IMG/VR virus record: IMGVR_UViG_3300020458_000005
Coordinates: 1 to 49,375 of that record
Origin: a virus
Taxonomy: Duplodnaviria > Caudoviricetes
Strand: one strand, 5' to 3'
Length of the DNA: 49,375 bases
Shown: piece by piece, positions 44,744-49,375 of the stretch
Layout of the letters: every line of letters begins with the position of its first letter
Position numbering within the stretch: position 1 is the stretch's first letter
Program-made: the position numbers and the translations under genes
Notes under the pieces: generated by a model
What the model saw: only the letters and a program-made list of their open reading frames with translations
Told to the model about the DNA's origin: nothing
Database searches by the model: none

Positions 44744-45471
44744 CAACGCCGAATCTCAATCTGACCGAGCTGGCCAACCAGCAGAATCAGTACCTCAACG
44801 CCAACGCCACGTTCGCGATCATCGACGCCCTGCTGCAGACCCCCGTCATCAGCATGACGCTGACCGCCGCCCCGGCCAGCCCGGCCAACGGCGCGCTGTA
44901 CATCATGGCTGATGCCTGGGCGGGCATTGCCGGCTCCGCTGCTGGCCGCTTGGCGCTGTACCGTACTGGCGGTGGCTGGATCGTCATCACGCCTAAAGAG
45001 GGGTGGAAAAAAGAGGTGCTGGCGGATGGCCTGACGTACCGCTACGACGGGGCCGATTGGCTGGAATGGATCGCCAGCTCGTCGACCGCATTCGCCGACA
45101 TCACCGGCAGCCCCGGCGATAACGCCCTGCTCGCCGCCGCACTGGCAGGCAAGGCAGACGCAGTGCAGGACAACCTGTCGGCGAGCGTGGCCCCGACCGT
45201 CGACAACGACGAGACCGAGGGCTATGAGCCGCGCAGCCGCTGGTTCGATATTGTGGCCAATGAGTCCTACCTGTGCCTCAGCGCGGCAACAGGGGCGGCT
45301 GTGTGGGTGCAAACATCGCTGACCCTGGATGAGCTGGGGTCCGCCGCGCTGGCAAATGTGGGCAGCGGCGGCGATGAATTGCCCGACAACGACGCGGTTG
45401 ACGCGAAAATCGCTGCGGTAGTCGGTGATATTGACGCGGCCCTGGATGCAATCAACGGTGAGGTGATCTGA
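44740..45471 (+). CDS. DUF2793-like tail protein
   Basis: TPNLNL...N.T...IDAL...P.SPANGALYI...W..PKEGW. Confidence 0.75.
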   Translation: MTTPNLNLTELANQQNQYLNANATFAIIDALLQTPVISMTLTAAPASPANGALYIMADAWAGIAGSAAGRLALYRTGGGWIVITPKEGWKKEVLADGLTYRYDGADWLEWIASSSTAFADITGSPGDNALLAAALAGKADAVQDNLSASVAPTVDNDETEGYEPRSRWFDIVANESYLCLSAATGAAVWVQTSLTLDELGSAALANVGSGGDELPDNDAVDAKIAAVVGDIDAALDAINGEVI

Positions 45472-46595
45472 TGGCTACCGCTGACAAGCTGGTTTATCTG
45501 GGCGGCACCAAAGACCTGCTGCGTGAGGCAATTAACGCTGCCGGAGGATCACTCACAGAACTCGACCCTTTCCGCGACTACGCAGACCCGATTTTGTGGG
45601 GTTGGCTAGTTGACGCGCAGGGCGGCCTAGACCTCGATTACGTTAATGAGCGTTATCGCGTTTATGACCCCGCCTACAACGCGCTAGTCGAAAAGCCGTG
45701 GGCAGACATTGTCAATAATTACTCTGCACCGGCGGGGCGGACTTACTTTGATAGTTCGGGAGTTCTGCAGACTGCTGCCGCGAACACTCCGATCAGGGCT
45801 TATGACCCGGCTACTGGGGAGTTTCTTGGTAATCAGATTTGGGGGAGCTATAGCAATCTTTTGAGGCATAGCGAAGACTTTACTAATGCTGTTTGGGGCA
45901 CTTCTGTTGATACTGCTGTTGTCACGCCCAATGCAGCAATCGCCCCGGATGGTACAAATTCGGCCGATCTCATAGAGTTCGGAACCCCAGGGTCTAACCG
46001 ATTCCAAACCTACGCTGTAACAGCCGGCCTACCCTATGCATTTAGTGTGTTTTTAAAATCGCCTCCCGGATATGGCACGCAGCAGCTAGATATTGGGGCT
46101 ATTGCGCCGGGAGTATACTCCAGACAAACCATTACTGAGGATTGGAAGCGCTTCAGCATAACAACTACACCGGCTTCGTCGCCACGCTATCCGATGATTC
46201 AATCTGTCTCGGCCAGCCAACAAGTGCATGCTTGGGGGGCAAGTCTCAGACAGTCGCAGCTCGCCGGCCCATACGTAGCTACAGTTGGGTCGGCGGTAAC
46301 TATCGCAGCAGAAAACCAGATCATCGACGGCAGTGTTTTCTCGGATATGTGGAATCCAGTATCAGGGACGCTATTTATCGAGTGCTCTGGCTCTATTGAT
46401 GCTGTTGCTCTAAAGGCTGCTGGGGTTGAGGTCATTGTTGATAGCGCATCAAATAAGAAGTACGCAGTGGCCTACACCTCTGACCCATCCGCAACATCGT
46501 TGATAATTGGCGCAAACCTGAACGGTTATATACGCCGCATCACCTATTTCCGCAAAGAACTGTCTGCGTCACTCATTGCGAGGTTGATCGCATGA
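45471..46595 (+). CDS. Tail fibre/receptor-binding protein with carbohydrate-binding-like domain
   Basis: TYFDSSGVLQTAAANTP, NLLRHSEDFTNAVW...APDG, GYIRRITYF; low-GC interior. Confidence 0.65.
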   Translation: MATADKLVYLGGTKDLLREAINAAGGSLTELDPFRDYADPILWGWLVDAQGGLDLDYVNERYRVYDPAYNALVEKPWADIVNNYSAPAGRTYFDSSGVLQTAAANTPIRAYDPATGEFLGNQIWGSYSNLLRHSEDFTNAVWGTSVDTAVVTPNAAIAPDGTNSADLIEFGTPGSNRFQTYAVTAGLPYAFSVFLKSPPGYGTQQLDIGAIAPGVYSRQTITEDWKRFSITTTPASSPRYPMIQSVSASQQVHAWGASLRQSQLAGPYVATVGSAVTIAAENQIIDGSVFSDMWNPVSGTLFIECSGSIDAVALKAAGVEVIVDSASNKKYAVAYTSDPSATSLIIGANLNGYIRRITYFRKELSASLIARLIA

Positions 46596-46987
46596 AACTC
46601 TACTCCGTGAAATACAAAGCTGCCCGGAAGTCACCGGGCAACCAGAAGTTCTGGCGGATCACCATCGACAGCAAGTACAAGGGTGACATCGGCCTGCTGA
46701 CGCACGAAGTTCGTCATGTCCTGCACTGGTGGGCATTCGTGGCGCTGACCCTTGCGCTGGCCGGTGCACTGGTACTGCTGGTTGCGCCGGCATACGGGCT
46801 GATCGCAGTGGCCGCGCCGTGGACCTACCATTGGTCCTACCGGGTCAAGGCGTTGCGCATTCTGTTTGAGCTGGACTGCTACCGTGCTCAGCTGCGAGCA
46901 GGTGGTTACGTCGACGACGAGTTTGCCGTCAAGGCCATGGTTGGTCATGGCATGTCAGAGAGCGCCGCGCGCGATGCGCTGGAATAG
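46592..46987 (+). CDS. Membrane protein with HExxH motif
   Basis: LLTHEVRHV followed by a hydrophobic hairpin and FELDCY. Confidence 0.6.
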   Translation: MKLYSVKYKAARKSPGNQKFWRITIDSKYKGDIGLLTHEVRHVLHWWAFVALTLALAGALVLLVAPAYGLIAVAAPWTYHWSYRVKALRILFELDCYRAQLRAGGYVDDEFAVKAMVGHGMSESAARDALE

Positions 46988-47110
46988 GGCCGGTACTACA
47001 AAACCCGGCGGTACATCGGTACATGCCCACATCCGTGTAGAGCCAGGGCAGCATGCCCGCCCGGGCCGATGCTGTCGCTGGCCAACCCGGCAAAACGCTA
47101 ACCCCATCAC

Positions 47111-47131
47111 AACCGCTGCGGCGGTTTTTTT
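47111..47131 (+). terminator. Intrinsic terminator before the endolysin
   Basis: AACCGC-TGCG-GCGGTTTTTT. Confidence 0.6.
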
Positions 47132-47155
47132 GTGCCTGCGCTTCAGGAGTACCCA

Positions 47156-47692
47156 ATGCAATCTAAATCACTGTTCATCAGCGCCGGCCATTCGGGCGCT
47201 GACCCTGGCGCCGTCGGTAACGGCCATACCGAGGCCAGTATTGTGCTGGAGTTTCGCGACCTGCTGGCCGAGGCGCTACGCGCGCGGGGCGTTGAGTTCA
47301 GCAGAGACGGCGAGCAGGGCCAGAACCTGCCGCTGTCGCAGGCGTGGAAGTTGGCGGCAAAGCATCACATTGCCCTGGAGTTCCACTGCAACGCCTTTCA
47401 CAAATCCACGGCTACCGGGGTGGAGACGCTGAGCTGGCCGGGCGATATGGAGCTTGGCTTGCGCCTGTGCAAAGCCATCAGCACCACGCTTGGCATCAAC
47501 AATCGCGGTGCCAAGGGCGAAGCCAGCGGCCAGCACAGCCGCCTGGCGTTCGTGAGTCGGGGCGGCGGCATCATCGTTGAGCTGTTCTTTATTAGCAACC
47601 CGGCGGACGTAGCGGCATACCAGCGCTGGAAGCTGCAGCTTGCCGAGGTGCTGGCGGATCTGCTGGCTGAAGAGGTGGGCCATGATCGATAA
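47156..47692 (+). CDS. Endolysin, N-acetylmuramoyl-L-alanine amidase (Amidase_3)
   Basis: ISAGH...DPGA...E, EFHCNA, IVELFFISN. Confidence 0.9.
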   Translation: MQSKSLFISAGHSGADPGAVGNGHTEASIVLEFRDLLAEALRARGVEFSRDGEQGQNLPLSQAWKLAAKHHIALEFHCNAFHKSTATGVETLSWPGDMELGLRLCKAISTTLGINNRGAKGEASGQHSRLAFVSRGGGIIVELFFISNPADVAAYQRWKLQLAEVLADLLAEEVGHDR

Positions 47693-47987
47693 AGCGCGGC
47701 TGACAGCCTTCGCTGTGGTGGCTGCCCTGTCCCTTGGTACCGGCTGGCAGCTGCATGCCTGGAAGGTGGCGTATGACCTTGAGCGTGACCGGATCGCCCA
47801 GGAGGCTGCCGACGCCCTGGTGCGTGAGATATCCGGCAAGACGCTTGAGCAGATCGCCGGCATTCGCATCGAGAACAAAACCATTTACCAGCAAGGCCGC
47901 ACGGAGGTGCTGCGTGAAACTATCTATCGTGACTGTGTGCTGCCTGATTCTGGTCGCCGGCTGCTCGAGTCGGCCAGGGAAAATTGA
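47682..47987 (+). CDS. i-spanin (Rz-like)
   Basis: N-terminal TM, C-terminal YRDCVLP; follows the endolysin. Confidence 0.75.
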   Translation: MIDKARLTAFAVVAALSLGTGWQLHAWKVAYDLERDRIAQEAADALVREISGKTLEQIAGIRIENKTIYQQGRTEVLRETIYRDCVLPDSGRRLLESAREN

Positions 47988-48138
47988 CGCCGGCTTGCTG
48001 CAGGAGTGCCCACCTATCCCGGCGGTACCGGATACGGTCGACATGGGCGAGCTGCTGCTGATGGATATTGAGTTGGCGGGTATGTACCGCGAGTGCGCTG
48101 CCGGCAAGGCAGGCTTGATAGAAGCTTTGAGTCAGTGA
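47914..48138 (+). CDS. o-spanin lipoprotein (Rz1-like)
   Basis: GTG start with GGAGG RBS, lipobox VAG-C, CPPIP...YRECA; overlaps the i-spanin. Confidence 0.8.
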   Translation: MKLSIVTVCCLILVAGCSSRPGKIDAGLLQECPPIPAVPDTVDMGELLLMDIELAGMYRECAAGKAGLIEALSQ

Positions 48139-48347
48139 CCTGCGCCGGCAGCAGTGCGGGCCAGTTCCAGCGCAATTTTGCAGCGCCTGACCACGTTCGT
48201 CACTGCCTGCGGCGTCACTCCCAGGTCGACAGCAACTGTGCCGGGAGCCTCGCCACCGACAAGCACGCGGCGGGCAGCTTCTTCGCTTTGTCCGCCCCGC
48301 AGGCTGATCAGCTTCGCCAGCGCTTCAAACTGTTCGCTCGTCATCAC
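48132..48347 (-). CDS. aca4: Anti-CRISPR-associated HTH repressor, Aca4-like
   Basis: MTSEQFEALAKLISLRGG...AARRVLV.G...GVTPQAV closely resembles Pseudomonas Aca4 as I recall it; coupled downstream of the acrIF11-like gene. Confidence 0.85.
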   Translation of the reverse strand: MMTSEQFEALAKLISLRGGQSEEAARRVLVGGEAPGTVAVDLGVTPQAVTNVVRRCKIALELARTAAGAGH

Positions 48348-48793
48348 GCTACCTCGATCTTTGCGCCTGGCAGTACCAGCCAGGTGGTACCGTGCTCGTC
48401 GCTCATTTCTACCGCCGCGTAGCCCAGGGCCTTGGCAAGCTGGCCGCGAATGCGTTGGGCTTCCCAGCCAGCTTCGCCCAGGTCGTCAGCGCGCAGCAGC
48501 TCAACGTCGGCGTCTTCCACTTCTTCCTCCTCAACCACCAGCTCGAACAGGCGGGCCATGTCGTCACACCAGTGGCCGGCAACTTCGTTAAGGGCGACCA
48601 GTACGGTATCAGCACCCAGCTCGTAGGACAGCTCTTGCTGGGTCAGCGCTTTGTCGTCTGCAATCTCGATGCTGTGCAGCACCTCGCCGTGGGACAGGGC
48701 GGCGTCTTCGTCAGCGGCAGCGAACAGGCCACCGAAGATGCCGAGGTCTTTGATTTCGCTGATCTGTTCAAAGCTGCCGTGGAAGAGTTTCAT
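48344..48793 (-). CDS. acrIF11: Anti-CRISPR AcrIF11-like ADP-ribosyltransferase
   Basis: LFHGS.E.ISEI.D.G.FGGLF, ALSHGE.LH, GWE.QR.RG.LA..LGY..VEM.DEHGTTWL.LPG all match AcrIF11 as I recall it. Confidence 0.9.
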   Translation of the reverse strand: MKLFHGSFEQISEIKDLGIFGGLFAAADEDAALSHGEVLHSIEIADDKALTQQELSYELGADTVLVALNEVAGHWCDDMARLFELVVEEEEVEDADVELLRADDLGEAGWEAQRIRGQLAKALGYAAVEMSDEHGTTWLVLPGAKIEVA

Positions 48794-48819
48794 TGCCGTT
48801 CTCCGTTGTTGATGGCCCT

Positions 48820-48847
48820 ATATTAAACGCTTTAGAGTTTAAATCAA
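48820..48847 (-). promoter_or_regulatory. acr promoter with inverted-repeat operator
   Basis: TTGATT-16bp-TAATAT; imperfect palindrome TTAAACGCTTTAGAGTTTAA (48823-48842) spanning the spacer. Confidence 0.75.
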
Positions 48848-48914
48848 GAGAGAGACGACGAACGGTATGCCTCAAAATTCGGGCGGGCTATGCGCAGCAA
48901 TAGCGCGCGCCGGC

Positions 48915-48932
48915 TAGGACAAATTTAGGGCA
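48915..48932. promoter_or_regulatory. Putative integrase arm-type sites (right arm)
   Basis: TAGGACAAATTTAGGGCA, 17/18 identical to 184-201. Confidence 0.65.
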
Positions 48933-49022
48933 CTACGCACGCCCTTGCACGCCCGCGTGCGCCCATTAGATCGCAAGCGATGCAGGCGTTGCGCGGTGTG
49001 CAGGGGTGCTGGGTTTATTCTC

Positions 49023-49055
49023 CGAGGGTTCGAATCCCTCTCTCTCCGCCAGACA
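49023..49055 (+). repeat. attR core (33 bp)
   Basis: Identical to 85-117. Confidence 0.95.
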
Positions 49056-49375
49056 AACGAAAAAGCCCCAGCGCAAGCTGGGGCTTTTTCGTTTGTGCGG
49101 TGAAAGGACGGACGAGAACCCTAACGGTTCGACCGGAGCCAGCACCGCTGGCGCAGGAGCGTTGGAGCGTAGCGACGACGACCCGAGGCTGGCCCAGCCG
49201 AGGGCGAGGCGCATAGCGCCGAGTAATCCCTCTCTATCAGACAGCGAAGAACATTGGCGCAAGCTGGGGCTTTTTTGTTTGTGCGGTGAAAAGACGGACG
49301 AGAACCCTAACGGTTCGACCGGAGCCAGCAGAGCTGGCGCAGGAGCGTCGAAGCGCAGCGACGACGACCCGAGGC
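49033..49375 (+). repeat. tRNA-linked tandem repeat, ~186-bp period, at least two units (runs off the window)
   Basis: GCGCAAGCTGGGGCTTTTT...GACCCGAGGC at 49071 and 49257; degenerate tRNA end AATCCCTCTCT..CAGACA at 49225. Confidence 0.85.
49056..49093 (+). terminator. Original host tRNA terminator hairpin
   Basis: AACGAAAAAGCCCCAGC-GCAA-GCTGGGGCTTTTTCGTT. Confidence 0.8.

Larger units (their letters stand above)
85..49055. mobile_element. Complete temperate prophage (lambdoid siphovirus organisation)
   Basis: Flanked by a 33-bp direct repeat; contains integrase, immunity, replication, packaging, head, tail and lysis modules with no obvious disrupted core gene. Confidence 0.96.

Noticed and set aside
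44740-47155. Diversity-generating retroelement or invertible tail-fibre cassette
   Set aside because: No reverse transcriptase, invertase or template/variable repeat pair seen
49023-49055. Second tRNA gene
   Set aside because: Only the T-arm and 3' acceptor strand are present; this is the attR duplication
49033-49375. CRISPR array
   Set aside because: Units are ~186 bp and nearly identical throughout, with no short repeat/unique spacer pattern and no cas genes

Overview
This window is an apparently complete ~48.9 kb temperate siphovirus-type prophage, probably in a Pseudomonadaceae host (inferred from protein families and GC content). It is integrated at the 3' end of a tRNA-Ser(GGA) gene, with a 33-bp att core at 85-117 repeated at 49023-49055. 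The layout is lambdoid: int/xis; a leftward early operon (PP-loop protein, C5 DNA methyltransferase, YqaJ exonuclease/RecT, many small ORFs); a long structured pL leader; an immunity region (cI, cro, cII, five AGG-N4-CCT operators); HNH/replication genes; nin region; Q; holins; head and tail genes; and a terminal amidase/spanin cassette. Notable cargo: (1) an acrIF11-aca4-like anti-CRISPR operon beside attR; (2) a cI-linked cassette of a small membrane peptide, a zeta-toxin-like kinase and a 56-aa partner (candidate lysogen defence/TA system); (3) a second, Arr-like ADP-ribosyltransferase in the nin region; (4) an HNH nuclease fused to a duplicated replication-initiator N-terminus; (5) several RNA-level motifs (tRNA-shaped kissing-loop element, recurrent GUAAC loops, five C-GGAU-G hairpins before head genes); (6) lipoprotein and membrane morons. 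Family assignments come from motif recognition by eye, not database searches.
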